NCBI GenBank assembly: GCA_035528905.1
Contig: DATKXU010000109.1
Location: 7,279-71,278 of the forward strand
Direction: 5' to 3'
DNA: 64,000 nucleotides
DNA from: Armatimonadota bacterium
GTDB taxonomy: Bacteria; Armatimonadota; UBA5829; DTJY01
The stretch's first letter is position 1; the number at the start of each line of letters is the position of its first letter. The notes beneath the pieces were generated by a model. The model was given only the letters and a program-made list of their open reading frames with translations, was not told the origin of the DNA and searched no databases. Shown here in pieces: positions 9,375-20,629 of this stretch. Made by a program: the position numbers and the translations under genes.

Positions 9375-9402
9375 TTGCTTAAATGGTAGCAAGTGATATA
9401 AT
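9375..9402 (+). promoter_or_regulatory. sigma70-type promoter, TTGCTT-16-TATAAT with TGn extension
   Basis: TTGCTT at 9375-9380 and TATAAT at 9397-9402, preceded by GTGA. Lies 33 nt upstream of the 9435 ATG. Confidence 0.55.
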
Positions 9403-9434
9403 TAAGCTGGTGGTAGGTACGGAGGCGGATTGCC

Positions 9435-10547
9435 ATGCCGGAAATCAGCGAAGTCAACGCATATTCGCTGGAGCTGCCGCTCAGAGAGCCTTTCGGAACA
9501 GCAAAGGGCACCAAAACGACGTCGCCCGCGGTGATCGTCCACCTTGGGTTATCGAATGGCGTCTATGGCCTCGGCTCTGCGACTCCCGCCAAGTACGTCA
9601 CCGCCGAGGACACGGCTTCGGTCCTGTCAGCGATTGAGCTATGTGCGCCCGACCTCGTTGGTCTGGACGCAGCGGCCTACCTCCCCATTTTCGGAATGCT
9701 CGGTGAGGTGCTGCCACACGCACATTCCGCGCGCGCCGCGCTCGAGATAGCGGTCCTCGATGCCTTCTGCAAGCTCTACGACCTCCCGATGTGCAAGTTC
9801 CTCGGAGGCGCATTGCCCCAAGTGGAAACGGACATAACCATCCCGTTCGTGGGCTCAGAGGCCGCGCGTGAGCTTGCGCAACAGGCTGCCTCTCGCGGAT
9901 TCAAGCACCTCAAGATAAAGATCGGGAGCCACGACCCGGAGGACGATCTGGCACGAGTGCTCGGGGCGAGCGAAGGCGCGCCGCACTGCAGCATCAGGCT
10001 CGATGCAAACCAGGGGTTCACACCTACCGTCGCGGTAAGATTCGCAGGCAAGATTCAGGAGGCAGGCGTGAAGATCGACCTGTTTGAACAGCCGGTTGAC
10101 CGTAGGGACCTCGACGGGCTCCGCTATGTCACGCAGAACACATCCGTGCCGATCTTTGCCGACGAGAGCGCCGTGACGCCGTCCGATGTGCTGAAGCTGA
10201 TTGAGCTTGAGGCCGTGGACGGCATAAACGTGAAGCTGATGAAGTGCGGCTTGTCCGGCGCGCTGGATATCATTGCGATGTGCAAAGCCGCGCGCCAGGA
10301 ACTCATGCTGGGCTGCATGGTCGAGACTGGTATCGGGCTGGCTGCTGCTGTTCACCTCGCCTGCGGCACCGGCGCATTCAGCAGGATAGACCTGGACGCA
10401 CACATGCTGGTCTCCCCCGACAGCGGACTGTCCTCTGGAGGATTCACGCACAACGGCCCTGTCCTCATCGCCGATAGCACCGCGCCCGGCCACGGCAGCG
10501 CTCTTGCAACGACGCCTGAACTCGTACCATCCCAGCCTAGAACCTGA
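9435..10547 (+). CDS. dipeptide epimerase (L-Ala-D/L-Glu epimerase type), enolase superfamily
   Basis: KIKIG, RLDANQGF, LFEQP, FADES and KLMKCG motifs of the MR/MLE-family dipeptide epimerases. Confidence 0.8.
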   Translation: MPEISEVNAYSLELPLREPFGTAKGTKTTSPAVIVHLGLSNGVYGLGSATPAKYVTAEDTASVLSAIELCAPDLVGLDAAAYLPIFGMLGEVLPHAHSARAALEIAVLDAFCKLYDLPMCKFLGGALPQVETDITIPFVGSEAARELAQQAASRGFKHLKIKIGSHDPEDDLARVLGASEGAPHCSIRLDANQGFTPTVAVRFAGKIQEAGVKIDLFEQPVDRRDLDGLRYVTQNTSVPIFADESAVTPSDVLKLIELEAVDGINVKLMKCGLSGALDIIAMCKAARQELMLGCMVETGIGLAAAVHLACGTGAFSRIDLDAHMLVSPDSGLSSGGFTHNGPVLIADSTAPGHGSALATTPELVPSQPRT

Positions 10548-10575
10548 AACTTGAAACTTGACACCTGAAACCCTT
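10541..10575. repeat. heptanucleotide tandem array, 5 units (AACYTGA)
   Basis: AACCTGA AACTTGA AACTTGA CACCTGA AACCCTT. The first unit contains the epimerase stop codon. Confidence 0.85.
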
Positions 10576-10670
10576 TCCGCTGCTCGAAGGGTACTCGTTC
10601 GCGGACGCCTTGCATGTGCCGCAGCCAAGCGCCCGCCGTGAGGGCACCTCAGCAATTCGAGGGCGATTGC

Positions 10671-10700
10671 TTGACAGAGGGATTTCGCATCCTGTATACT
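10671..10700 (+). promoter_or_regulatory. sigma70-type promoter, TTGACA-18-TATACT
   Basis: TTGACA at 10671-10676 and TATACT at 10695-10700. Implies a leader of about 150 nt before murA. Confidence 0.5.
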
Positions 10701-10851
10701 TTGCCAGACGATCGGAACGCAAGAGTGGGCTAGAATCCGCGGCCGGCCCGACGCGTCGCAAAGCGCCCCCGAGTGGGTAAAATAGATATTGGGCTGGCAA
10801 GCGGTTCTGCCCAGTGCCGCATCTGCCGGACGTCACGAGGAGGTTCGATTC

Positions 10852-12135
10852 TTGCAAGAAATCTACGTGGTAGGCGGTAACAGACTAAAAGGCGACGTTA
10901 GGATCAGCGGCAGCAAGAACGGCACACTAGCGATCATGGCGGGGGCGCTGCTCGCCAAGGGCACCACAATTCTCGAAAATGTCCCTCGGATCGGCGACAT
11001 AAACACCATGGTGGAGATGCTGCGGCAGGTCGGCGTGAGAACCAGGGTGAGCCGCGAAAACCGCGTGGAAATAGACGCCTCCGAAATCGAATCGAACGAA
11101 GCCCCATATGAACTAGTAAAGAAGATGCGGGCTTCGTTTTGTATCACCGGGCCGATACTCGCCAGACTGGGCTATGCGAAGGTCCCCATGCCCGGCGGCT
11201 GCGACATAGGCGCACGCCCCATAGACTTCCACGTGAAGGGGCTTCAGGCCCTGGGAGCCAGAGTTTCCATCGAACACGGCTACGTGGAAACCGAAGCCAG
11301 CAAGTTGAGGGGCGCTCACATTTATCTCGACTTCCCAAGCGCAGGCGCGACCCAGCACATCATGACAGTGGCCTGTCTCGCGGAGGGCACGACGCGCATT
11401 GAGAACGCGGCGCTCGAGCCGGAGGTAGTTGAACTCGCGGACTTCCTGAGCGCAATGGGCGCGAGGATATGCGGGGCCGGCACGAGCACGATTGAAGTCG
11501 AAGGCGTGAAGGAGCTCCACGGCGTTACCCACACGATGATACCCGACCGAATGGAGGCCGGCACCTTCGCCATCGCGGCAGCCGCCACCAGGGGCGATGT
11601 AATTCTGGTGTGCGCAATCTCCGAGCACTGCACCGCTGTGTTCCAGAAGCTGGAGGAGGCAGGAATACGCGTGGCGGCGGGTACGGACTGCGTGCGGATC
11701 ACGTCCGACCGCCGGCCTATAGCCACAGACATAAAGACCATGCCACACCCCGGTTTCCCCACGGACATGCAGCAGCTGTTCACGGCGATGCTTACCATTG
11801 CGGACGGCACGTCTGTGGTCAGCGAGAGCGTCTACGAGCGCAGGTTTAAGTACGTGGCGGAACTCCAGAGGATGGGGGCAGACATCGTACAGGAAGGACG
11901 AACTGCGATCATCAAGGGCGTGCCGAAATTGACTGGTGCCCAGGTGACGGCCACCGATCTCCGCGCAGGCGCCGCTCTGATAATCGCCGGCCTTGCGGCG
12001 GACGGACGTACCGAAATCTCCGGCGTGGAGCACATTGACCGCGGTTACGAAGACATCGAGGGCAAGCTGGCGTCGCTGGGAGCCGAAGTAGTCCGCAGCG
12101 AGGTCGCGCCTGAGTCCGCAGTTCGACTGGCCTAG
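10852..12135 (+). CDS. murA: UDP-N-acetylglucosamine 1-carboxyvinyltransferase
   Basis: LKGDVRISGSKNGTLAIMAGALLA and PGGCDIGARPIDFH (active-site Cys loop). TTG at 10852 lies 8 nt after GAGGAGG. The 10789 start is less likely. Confidence 0.93.
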   Translation: MQEIYVVGGNRLKGDVRISGSKNGTLAIMAGALLAKGTTILENVPRIGDINTMVEMLRQVGVRTRVSRENRVEIDASEIESNEAPYELVKKMRASFCITGPILARLGYAKVPMPGGCDIGARPIDFHVKGLQALGARVSIEHGYVETEASKLRGAHIYLDFPSAGATQHIMTVACLAEGTTRIENAALEPEVVELADFLSAMGARICGAGTSTIEVEGVKELHGVTHTMIPDRMEAGTFAIAAAATRGDVILVCAISEHCTAVFQKLEEAGIRVAAGTDCVRITSDRRPIATDIKTMPHPGFPTDMQQLFTAMLTIADGTSVVSESVYERRFKYVAELQRMGADIVQEGRTAIIKGVPKLTGAQVTATDLRAGAALIIAGLAADGRTEISGVEHIDRGYEDIEGKLASLGAEVVRSEVAPESAVRLA

Positions 12136-12183
12136 GCACCGATCCCTGTTTCAAGGCCGCGAAAGGCCGTGGACGCCGTGGAT

Positions 12184-12208
12184 GTCCCAGCAGTTGGGCT
12201 GCTGGGAC
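12184..12208 (+). terminator. stem-loop terminator (GTCCCAGCAG / CTGCTGGGAC)
   Basis: Perfect 10-bp stem with a 5-nt loop, followed by TTGCTATT, 49 nt after the murA stop. Confidence 0.6.
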
Positions 12209-12329
12209 TTGCTATTAGTGGACATGCCACAAGCCGGTCCGCCGAAACGGAAGCTTGCTCAGAAAGACGCAGATTCGTCCTGCGTCCGCAAGCGATGTTC
12301 GGGTAAACTAGTTCCAGAGAGGGCTTGAG

Positions 12330-13616
12330 ATGGATACCGCGAAATCCTCAGAGTTGTTCGAAGAGGCTCAACGCTACATTCCGGGCGGCGTGAACAGCCC
12401 TGTGCGGGCATTCAAGGCCGTCGGAGGCGGTCCGCTTTTCATAGATCGAGGCAGGGGATCCCACATCTGGGATGCGGACGGCAACAAGTTCATTGATTAC
12501 GTGGGATCCTGGGGACCGCTGATCCTGGGACACGCGCATCCGCTCGTCGTGCGGGCGATCGAGAAGGCGGCCGCACGTGGGACGAGCTTCGGTGCGACCA
12601 CCGAGGCGGAGATCGAGCTTGCGAAGATGATAGTTGACGCGGTGGCGTCGGTGGAGATGGTGCGCCTCGTCAGCTCCGGCACGGAAGCGGTGATGAGCGC
12701 CATTCGCCTGGCGCGCGGGTACACCGGCCGCGACAAGATCGTTAAGTTCGAGGGCGGCTACCACGGCCACAGCGACGCCCTGCTTGCAAAGGCAGGATCC
12801 GGCGTGGCGACGTTCGGAATCCCGGACAGCGCGGGCGTCCCGGCAACGATGACTGCAGATACCCTGGTGCTCCCTTACAACGACATAGATGCCGTCCGCA
12901 CGCTTTTCAAGGCCATGGGGCCGGAGATCGCCTGCGTGGTCATCGAGCCGGTCGCGGGCAACATGGGCGTTGTGATCCCAAAGCCCGGCTACCTCGCCGA
13001 TCTGCGGGAGCTGACCCACAAATATGGGATCGTACTGATCTTCGACGAGGTAATCACCGGCTTCCGCCTCTCTTATGGAGGAGCGCAGAAGCTCTACGGC
13101 GTCATCCCGGACATGACGACGCTGGGGAAGATCATCGGCGGGGGTCTTCCCTTGGGCGCTTACGGCGGCAGGTGCGAGATCATGGAGCAGGTGGCTCCCG
13201 TCGGCCCCGTCTACCAGGCCGGGACACTCTCCGGAAATCCGGTTGCCGTAGCAGCCGGAATCGAGACCCTGCGCATCCTCCGCGATCGAAATCCGTATGC
13301 CGGGCTCGAGGCAAAGACAGCGAGGCTCGGAGATGCGCTGGCGTCAGCAGCCGAGACCAGCGGGATTGATCTGGAGGTCAACCAGATCGGCTCGATGATG
13401 ACGGCCTTCTTCACGCGGGAGGCGGTTGACGATTACGCTACCGCGAAGACCTCGGACACGCGGAAATACGCAGCGTTCTTCCGGGCGATGCTGGAACAGG
13501 GAATCTATCTGGCGCCCAGCCAGTTTGAAGCGGCATTCGTATCAACGGCGCATACTGACGAGGACATTTACCACACGGTTGAGGCGGCAGAAAAAGCGCT
13601 GGCGCTAATAGTATGA
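12330..13616 (+). CDS. hemL: glutamate-1-semialdehyde 2,1-aminomutase
   Basis: [37 protein letters not shown] and FDEVITGFR are diagnostic HemL motifs. Confidence 0.95.
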   Translation: MDTAKSSELFEEAQRYIPGGVNSPVRAFKAVGGGPLFIDRGRGSHIWDADGNKFIDYVGSWGPLILGHAHPLVVRAIEKAAARGTSFGATTEAEIELAKMIVDAVASVEMVRLVSSGTEAVMSAIRLARGYTGRDKIVKFEGGYHGHSDALLAKAGSGVATFGIPDSAGVPATMTADTLVLPYNDIDAVRTLFKAMGPEIACVVIEPVAGNMGVVIPKPGYLADLRELTHKYGIVLIFDEVITGFRLSYGGAQKLYGVIPDMTTLGKIIGGGLPLGAYGGRCEIMEQVAPVGPVYQAGTLSGNPVAVAAGIETLRILRDRNPYAGLEAKTARLGDALASAAETSGIDLEVNQIGSMMTAFFTREAVDDYATAKTSDTRKYAAFFRAMLEQGIYLAPSQFEAAFVSTAHTDEDIYHTVEAAEKALALIV

Positions 13617-16588
13617 GATTTAGCTTACCCGGAGGAACAACAGTGAAGACTCGCGCAGTCAAGGCATGTATTCTGGCACTTGTGGCATTTGTAGGCGCTA
13701 CCTGCGCCGAAGAATTCGCCATTGCCCGAGACCCCGATCCGCGCTCGCAGGTATTCACGAAAGACGCGGTCCGCCCGGAGCCCACGATCGAGAGCATATC
13801 TCTCGCCCCAACGATTCGGCTCGTGCGGCAAGGCTCGAAGCTGATGCAGGTTGTCGAGCTGACGGTGAAACACAGCCCGAGTCCACAGCCTCTTACAGCC
13901 ACGGTAACCGTGGGCGGGAAGTCCAGGCAAGTCGCGCTGCATCCTGACCCGCCAGGCGACGGAAAATCCGAGCTAACGGTCGCTGAGGTAACAAAGCCCA
14001 CGGTGGTAGAGGTCAGCGTAGGCTCAGGCGGGAACAAGCAGACCGCCGCTTGTGAAATCCGGCCCCAGAGACACTGGAGGGTGTACGTGCAGCCGAGCTC
14101 CCACGTTGATATCGGCTATACAGATCTTCAAGAGCGGGTGATCGCAAGGCACAACGAAAACATGTCACTGGCTCTGGATCTGTGCAAGAAACACCCCGGC
14201 TTCAAGTGGAACACGGAGGTCGCCTGGGTGGAGGACAATTACTTATCGCTCGCGCCGGCAGAGCGCAAGTCCGAGTTTATAAAACACGCTGAGAAGGGCC
14301 TGATCGGCTGCCAGGCTGTCTATGGAAACATGCTCACTGGAATCCTCTCGCACGAAGAGATCATACGGAGCCTCTATTTCGCCCATTCGATGTCGAAGAT
14401 GTACGGCATTCCATTCGACATCGCGATGAGCAGCGATGTTCCGACCCAGGTATGGACTCTGCCCACGGTGCTGGCTGGCAGCGGGATCAAGTATTTCAGC
14501 GCCGGCCTGAACATGTCACGTGGAGGCTCCTTCGATCGCCTGTTCGACAAATCGCCTTTCTACTGGGAGGGGCCTGATGGAAGCCGCGTGCTGGCCTGGC
14601 TCTTACGCGGATATGCATACGCCTACAGGCTTCATCTGTTGTCCAGCGCGGACAAGGCAGAATCCCATATTGAGAAGTTCCTGCAGGGCTACGAGCGCGA
14701 CGATTACCCCTACGATGCCGTACTGGCCTTTGGTGGATTCAGCGACAATCAGCCTCTCGACCCCAGGCTGGCATCCGTGGCCGACGAGTGGAACAGGCGG
14801 TATGCTTATCCGAAAATAATCCTCTGCCGCGGGCCTGAATTCTTCAACTACATAGAGTCCAAGTTCAGAGACAAAACACCAACGATCCGTGGCGACGGTG
14901 GCGCTTACTGGGAGGACGGCGCAGGCTCCTCCGCCCTGGAGACGGCGCTCGTCCGCCGTGCAAAGGAGGACCTGGCGGCTGCCGAGAAACTTCATTCCTT
15001 AACATCATGCCTCGGCGGCGCTGTATATCCCAAAGCAGACATCAACCAGGCATGGAAGGACGCCATCCTGTACGACGAGCATACATGGGGTGCGTGGTGC
15101 AGCATAGACCAGCCGAATTCCGCGCAGACAATCCGCCAGTGGAGGTATAAGAAAGCGTTTGCCGACAACGCAAGCTGTCGGACGGCCCACATAATGGAGC
15201 AGGGCCTCGATAGCCTCGCGAAGATCGTAAAGCTCAAAGAGCCCTCGGTCGTCGTATTCAATCCACTCAGTTGGCCTGTCAGCGGCACGGTCAGGGCTGA
15301 AACGGCGGACGGCAGGCAGATCGAATTCTGGGCGGACGATGTCCCGCCGGTCGGGTACAAAGCATACGCACTGCACAAGCTGCCGGCCGGGCGCACTCCT
15401 CTCCTAACCTTAGGAGAAAGCAGCGACGTGCGCCAGCTCAACCCGAAATCCGAAATCCGTCCCGCCCAAGCGGGATCCCGCCAAAGGCGGGAAAATCCGC
15501 AATCCGAAATCCGCAATCCGAAATTGGAAAACCGCTTCTACCGCCTGGAGTTCGACCGAACCACCGGCGCGATCAAGAGCCTCTACGACAAGGAACTCAA
15601 GCGCGAGCTGGTAGATTCCACGGCGCCCTATGGGATCAACCAGTACATCTATATCAAAGGTCAGGGCGATGGCGCCAGGGACGTTACCTGGAGCGAGAGC
15701 GCTCCGGCTGTAACCTTCGCTGAAGAAAGCCGGCCATGCGCCTCGGTTATGCGCATCCGGGGTTCGGCATACAACACGCCGGAATGGACGACGGAAGTGG
15801 TTCTGTATGGCAATTGCAAGCGCATAGACTTCGAGAACGTTATCAACAAGCAACAAACTACCGAAAAGGAAGCCGGGTACTTTGCATTCCCCTTCTCCCT
15901 GAATAAACCGCAGTTTTACGTGGGGCTGCCCAATGGCGTGATGCGACCGGACAAGGACATGCTCGATGGAGCGTGCATGCAGTGGTACTGCGCTCAGGAC
16001 TTCGTCGCCATCGCGGACGACAAGGGCGCCTTAGTCTGGACAGCCGTGGACAGTCCGCTTATCACGCTCGGCGACATCAACCGCGAGACGTTCAAATCGC
16101 CGCTCCCAATCGAGAACGGCCACCTTTACGCCTACGTCTTCAACAACTACTGGTACACGAACTACAAAGCCGTCCAGGGCGGCGAGTTGAAGTTCCGATT
16201 CTCGCTTACCAGTATACCGAAGTACGATCCAGTCGCCGCCGCCCGTTTCGGCCAGTCGGTGCGCAATCCGCTCCTGTCCAGAGTTTGCGAGCCTTCAGGT
16301 AGACCGTCAACTACCAGCCATGAAGCATCGGCTTCCCTGTGTTCGGTCACACCCTCGAACATCGTCATTCAAGCAGTGAAGAAGGCCGAGTCAGGAGATG
16401 GGCTGATCATCCGGCTGAGAGAGATCTCCGGCAAGAGAACTAAGGCCACCCTTCGCTTCCCCACGAGCCTCAGAGAGGGATGGTCGTGCAGCCTCGTCGA
16501 GGATCCACACACGAAGCTAAGTGCATCCGCCGGGCGCGTGGGCTTGACCGTGCCTGCCAACGGACTTGCCACCATTCTGGTGAGGTAG
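13613..16588 (+). CDS. secreted GH38-like alpha-mannosidase family protein
   Basis: Signal peptide. [10 protein letters not shown] metal-site-like motif near the N-terminal domain. C-terminal [30 protein letters not shown] and NNYWYTNY are typical of GH38 C-terminal domains. The ATG overlaps the hemL stop (ATGA). Confidence 0.75.
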   Translation: MRFSLPGGTTVKTRAVKACILALVAFVGATCAEEFAIARDPDPRSQVFTKDAVRPEPTIESISLAPTIRLVRQGSKLMQVVELTVKHSPSPQPLTATVTVGGKSRQVALHPDPPGDGKSELTVAEVTKPTVVEVSVGSGGNKQTAACEIRPQRHWRVYVQPSSHVDIGYTDLQERVIARHNENMSLALDLCKKHPGFKWNTEVAWVEDNYLSLAPAERKSEFIKHAEKGLIGCQAVYGNMLTGILSHEEIIRSLYFAHSMSKMYGIPFDIAMSSDVPTQVWTLPTVLAGSGIKYFSAGLNMSRGGSFDRLFDKSPFYWEGPDGSRVLAWLLRGYAYAYRLHLLSSADKAESHIEKFLQGYERDDYPYDAVLAFGGFSDNQPLDPRLASVADEWNRRYAYPKIILCRGPEFFNYIESKFRDKTPTIRGDGGAYWEDGAGSSALETALVRRAKEDLAAAEKLHSLTSCLGGAVYPKADINQAWKDAILYDEHTWGAWCSIDQPNSAQTIRQWRYKKAFADNASCRTAHIMEQGLDSLAKIVKLKEPSVVVFNPLSWPVSGTVRAETADGRQIEFWADDVPPVGYKAYALHKLPAGRTPLLTLGESSDVRQLNPKSEIRPAQAGSRQRRENPQSEIRNPKLENRFYRLEFDRTTGAIKSLYDKELKRELVDSTAPYGINQYIYIKGQGDGARDVTWSESAPAVTFAEESRPCASVMRIRGSAYNTPEWTTEVVLYGNCKRIDFENVINKQQTTEKEAGYFAFPFSLNKPQFYVGLPNGVMRPDKDMLDGACMQWYCAQDFVAIADDKGALVWTAVDSPLITLGDINRETFKSPLPIENGHLYAYVFNNYWYTNYKAVQGGELKFRFSLTSIPKYDPVAAARFGQSVRNPLLSRVCEPSGRPSTTSHEASASLCSVTPSNIVIQAVKKAESGDGLIIRLREISGKRTKATLRFPTSLREGWSCSLVEDPHTKLSASAGRVGLTVPANGLATILVR
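15440..15535. repeat. composite repeat inside the GH38-like CDS: heptamer array, two GC hairpins, heptamer array (96 nt, in frame)
   Basis: AACCCGA AATCCGA AATCCGT, then CCCGC-CCAA-GCGGG and TCCCGCC-AAA-GGCGGGA, then AATCCGC AATCCGA AATCCGC AATCCGA AATTGGA AAACCGC. Confidence 0.85.
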
Positions 16589-16631
16589 CACATACTCAGA
16601 TAGAGCACACACATCGCTGCCAGCTCGGCGG

Positions 16632-19484
16632 TCAGTCGCGTAGCGGCTCCCCGCGGGTTATCACGGTCACATATGCGCGTGCGCTGGCGCCCGGCAATGT
16701 GCCGCATTCGAATTCCACCTGGTTGCTGCCAGGCTCCAGGATCGGCGCCTCACCTTGAGGCTTCACCTCGCCGATCAGCTCTCCGTTCGGCGCGTAGAGC
16801 TTGCAGTCGGACATCGAGTTGAACTCGAGCCAGCAGCCGCTCTCGATCTCCACGGGGAAGACGATCTCCCTGCCTGCGATCCCGACCTTAGGATTGCGAA
16901 GCTTGTTCTTCACAAGGGGCAGCGCCTTGACGGGGCTTACATAGCACGTGACCTCGCTCCCCTCCGGCAGATTGTTGTACCAGAGGGAGAGAGAAGCAAC
17001 CCGGCCGTAATTCACCCATTCACGGTAAGTGGCATACTTGTTCTTATGGGGCCACGGGTTATAGGGCCAGAGATAGTCGTCGGTGTGTTCGCCCTCGGGC
17101 TCGATCAGCTCGAAGTAGCGCCAGCCGGTGAAGTCAACCTTCACGAAGTGATCGCTGATCCCCAGCGCGACATGGATCGGGCTTCTGAGCTGGAAACTAA
17201 GAATCTCGCCTTGGCCGTCGCCATAGACCCAGACTCCCAGCGCCTGCTGCTGCGATATGTCCAGATCGGGGGAGAAGAACTTTTCGACCATCGCCCATGC
17301 GCCGTTCGGACGCGCACGCGTGCTCAGCGCCGTGTAGCAGCCACTGACCGCTCCGGCCTTCACCTGGGCCGATGAAGGCTTGAGGTGTGCGGTAACGCAG
17401 TTTCGGGCGGCGCGCCCGACAAACTCGTCCAGCTTGGTGAAATCTGCGATCGTGACACCCTCCGGCGAGTCATAAGCCCCCGCTGCCATCAACGCTTCAA
17501 TGCGCAGCCGCACGGGCTGGCGGCCGAACTTGTTCCTGGTCTCCCAAGTGCTCTTCCCGTCAATGCCCTCCACTTTGTGCTTTGCATAACCCGCTTTGCG
17601 GAACTGCCATTTCTTACTTGAGGTCCGCTCGAGCGTGAATTCCTCGCCCGGGACTCTCAGCCTCGATTTGATAGATTCCCGGAAATAGTCCGCACGGCGC
17701 AGGTTCTCATATTGCTTGAAGATGTCGGCGAGACGCCGGTACGCCGGGGCATCCGGGCCGAAGCCAACCAGGGAGACACCCGCGTCATCACCAAGGCACT
17801 TGCACATAAGGTACTCGATGTCGTCGGGATACGTGCGCTCGTCCTGCGTCACATGCGGTCCTTCGTCAGTGACGACGGCCCACCATCCGAGATGCGCAGG
17901 CAGGAACATCCGACGCACATCCTCATTGGCCGCGCAGTGGATATCCACGAACCGCTTGTGGCCCCTTCTGGGATGATCCCATGCCTCCATGCGCGACCGC
18001 ACGTACCAGAGATGGTGGCGGAAGGTGCTCATCTCCATAAGCGCCGGCTTCTCCAATCGCTTGCATATCTCAAACACAAACTTGGAGCCGTAATGCCAGC
18101 CGTTTTCCGGGCCGCCCAGGATGTCCTCCGCATCCAGCGCATCCAGATAAATCATGTCGAAGCCGCACTCGTTGAAGGTCTCGGCGGTCTTGGCGGCCAC
18201 CTCGGTCAGGAGCGTGGAATCGCCGTCCGGCGCGAACAGGCCGAAGCATTCCTTGAGGTGATGTACCTTCGCGCCCCGGGCATGAGGAGCTATCTTGGTG
18301 CCATGCGCTCCTCTTTGACAGCCCGTAAAGGCATAGGGCGGCTCTTTCGAGACCCCGCTGTATATAATCAGCTCGTCGTCAACCTGCAGGGTTACGCTGT
18401 TGCGCACGCCATAGCCGACTATTGCGGACATGTCCTTGGTGGATTCGACAACCGGCGCCGTGGTCGCATCGGGCGTCAAAGCCTCCGCCAGCGTGAACGT
18501 CGCATCCTTTCCGAGCCTGGGGTCAGGGACCGGAGTCACCCACGGGCAGCTCTTGTCAATCAGGAATGCGTAGGTGTGCAATCCCGCAGTGATCCCCGCC
18601 GCGTGGAGCTTGTCAATCACGGCCTTCAGGCTGGCACGGCCGTTCGGATACGTTACCGGATTCGGCCTGTAGTCCCCGAATCTGAAGGAAACCCCGCCGT
18701 GAAAGTCAATCTGGTTCATGCCGTAGCGCCTGGCGAGCTGGATCCATTCGTCCACCTTGTCCTCGGAGAGGTTGCCGAAATTGAAAATGTAGGAGCCTCG
18801 GTTGATCTCTGCATCCAGCGCCCAGGGGCCGCCCAGAGGCGACTGAGGCAGGTCCTTCGCGGCGCTCACCACATCCTTCATCACCTGGCGAAGCTGGCTG
18901 TGCGGGCATCCGATGATCGCAACTTTCGCGCCTTTGAAGCCGAAGCGCGGGTAACACATGGCACGCAGATCGGTATTCGGGCCGGGGATTTCGAGCACGT
19001 TCGTCTTCAGATTCAGGGCCAGGGCACAGCCCACGAAGGGATCCTTATCCCTCGACAGAACGAGCCGAATGTTCGGGAAGGCCAGCTCTTCCACCTGCTC
19101 ACCCGTCAGGGACAAAACCTCCAGGGTGAAATAGTCCTTTCCCGCCTTAGCCTGTATCACCGCACGGACGCCCGACCGGCCGAACTCCACCGTCAAGCAC
19201 CCATCTGCAGAGGACACCGCCGAGGCGTCGTAGCTCGATCCCGCCTTCTTCACCTGGGCGAAGTGGGAACCTGGCTTCCGGACGCAGTAGTCCTTCCCCG
19301 CGCGCTTGTCAATGAGATGCAGATTCGCGCCGTCGGGCCCGATGACGTACTTGACGTGCCTATTCTCAAGGGTGATTTCCCTGCTTCCGGGCATCTTCTC
19401 TCCTATCCCCACGGCGCCGGCCGTATGGGCTGACAAAGCTGGGATTGCGGATACAAGCAGAATAAGCATGCAAAACCGTTTCAT
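16632..19484 (-). CDS. large secreted protein of unknown function (possibly glycosidase-like)
   Basis: 950-aa ORF with signal peptide MKRFCMLILLVSAIPALSAHTAG. Central NQIDFHGG...GFDMIYLDALD hints at a TIM-barrel glycosidase-like fold, but no family was recognised. Confidence 0.7.
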   Translation of the reverse strand: MKRFCMLILLVSAIPALSAHTAGAVGIGEKMPGSREITLENRHVKYVIGPDGANLHLIDKRAGKDYCVRKPGSHFAQVKKAGSSYDASAVSSADGCLTVEFGRSGVRAVIQAKAGKDYFTLEVLSLTGEQVEELAFPNIRLVLSRDKDPFVGCALALNLKTNVLEIPGPNTDLRAMCYPRFGFKGAKVAIIGCPHSQLRQVMKDVVSAAKDLPQSPLGGPWALDAEINRGSYIFNFGNLSEDKVDEWIQLARRYGMNQIDFHGGVSFRFGDYRPNPVTYPNGRASLKAVIDKLHAAGITAGLHTYAFLIDKSCPWVTPVPDPRLGKDATFTLAEALTPDATTAPVVESTKDMSAIVGYGVRNSVTLQVDDELIIYSGVSKEPPYAFTGCQRGAHGTKIAPHARGAKVHHLKECFGLFAPDGDSTLLTEVAAKTAETFNECGFDMIYLDALDAEDILGGPENGWHYGSKFVFEICKRLEKPALMEMSTFRHHLWYVRSRMEAWDHPRRGHKRFVDIHCAANEDVRRMFLPAHLGWWAVVTDEGPHVTQDERTYPDDIEYLMCKCLGDDAGVSLVGFGPDAPAYRRLADIFKQYENLRRADYFRESIKSRLRVPGEEFTLERTSSKKWQFRKAGYAKHKVEGIDGKSTWETRNKFGRQPVRLRIEALMAAGAYDSPEGVTIADFTKLDEFVGRAARNCVTAHLKPSSAQVKAGAVSGCYTALSTRARPNGAWAMVEKFFSPDLDISQQQALGVWVYGDGQGEILSFQLRSPIHVALGISDHFVKVDFTGWRYFELIEPEGEHTDDYLWPYNPWPHKNKYATYREWVNYGRVASLSLWYNNLPEGSEVTCYVSPVKALPLVKNKLRNPKVGIAGREIVFPVEIESGCWLEFNSMSDCKLYAPNGELIGEVKPQGEAPILEPGSNQVEFECGTLPGASARAYVTVITRGEPLRD

Positions 19485-19528
19485 GTGCTTTCCTCACTCG
19501 CGTGGTCACTAGGAGGCTCGCTGCTGAA

Positions 19529-20629
19529 TCACTCGTCCAGCGTGCCGTGAGCCAATCCCAGAGGCAGGGAGGCAGGCTGGCTGCACGTGCTCTCGAGCTC
19601 GATATGCTTGCCCTCGCGGGAAGCATCATGGAAGGCGTGCATGACATCCAGGATATGGTAGGCCAGCTCGCCGCTCGCGCGATGCGGCCTGCCCGACCGG
19701 AGCGCGTAGGCCATATCCGCGACGCCGATGCCCCTGCTGTTCTCGGCGTATCCGTGGGTGAGCGGCACTTCCTCCCATTGGGATGCACCCGCGCGCCGAA
19801 CTCTCACGGGCCCGCCGAAGCAGTTCGGATCCGGGACGCTGAGCGAGCCCTCGGTGCCGTAGATTTCGATGCGCGGCAACTCAGCCGCCCATACATCGAA
19901 GGTCATGATGATCGTCCCGATTGCGCCGTTCGCGAAATCCATGACGCCGGCGACGTGAGTGGGAACTTCGACAATGACACGCTTGCCGCAGTAGGGCTGG
20001 CTCGTGATTAGCCGCTCGGGGAAGGTGATTTTCGTACAGCTCGTCACCCGGCGCACGGGACCTATTGAATTGACGAGTGCAGTGAGATAGTAAGGGCCCA
20101 TATCGAACATCGGTCCGCCGCCTGGTTTGTAGTAGAACTCGGGATTCGGATGCCAGGTCTCGTGGCCGTGGCACATCATGAAGGCGGTGGCGGCGACGGG
20201 TTCGCCGATCACGCCGTCGTCAATCAGCTTCCGGCAGGTCTGCAATCCCGCGCCCATGAAGGTATCCGGCGCGCATCCGACCAGCACCCCCTTGGCCTTT
20301 GCCGTCTCCAGCAGCTTCCGGCCTTCCGCCCGGGTGATCGTCAGAGGCTTCTCGTTGTGCACGCACTTCCCAGCCTCGACTGCCGCCTGCGCGATGGGAG
20401 CATGGGCGTCCGGGACGGTCAGGTTCACCACAATCCTAACCTCCGGGTCGGCGAGAAGCTCCTCGACCGTCACAGCCTTGCAGCCGTGCTCCGCCGCCTT
20501 CGCCTCAGCCCTTTCCCTGATGATGTCCGCGCATGCGACGACGTCCAGGGCTTCGAAAGTCTTGCCGGCCTGGAAATAGATGCCGCTGATGGCTCCACAG
20601 CCGACGATGCCGATTTTGGTTTTCTCCAT
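19529..20629 (-). CDS. Gfo/Idh/MocA-family NAD(P)-dependent oxidoreductase
   Basis: N-terminal Rossmann motif [14 protein letters not shown] and typical family length and layout. Confidence 0.9.
   Translation of the reverse strand: MEKTKIGIVGCGAISGIYFQAGKTFEALDVVACADIIRERAEAKAAEHGCKAVTVEELLADPEVRIVVNLTVPDAHAPIAQAAVEAGKCVHNEKPLTITRAEGRKLLETAKAKGVLVGCAPDTFMGAGLQTCRKLIDDGVIGEPVAATAFMMCHGHETWHPNPEFYYKPGGGPMFDMGPYYLTALVNSIGPVRRVTSCTKITFPERLITSQPYCGKRVIVEVPTHVAGVMDFANGAIGTIIMTFDVWAAELPRIEIYGTEGSLSVPDPNCFGGPVRVRRAGASQWEEVPLTHGYAENSRGIGVADMAYALRSGRPHRASGELAYHILDVMHAFHDASREGKHIELESTCSQPASLPLGLAHGTLDE

Noticed and set aside
17712-19433. 573-aa plus-strand ORF
   Set aside because: It lies entirely antisense to the 950-aa secreted-protein gene. 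Its Arg/Ala/Gly/Pro-rich composition is typical of shadow frames in high-GC DNA, with no motif and no SD.
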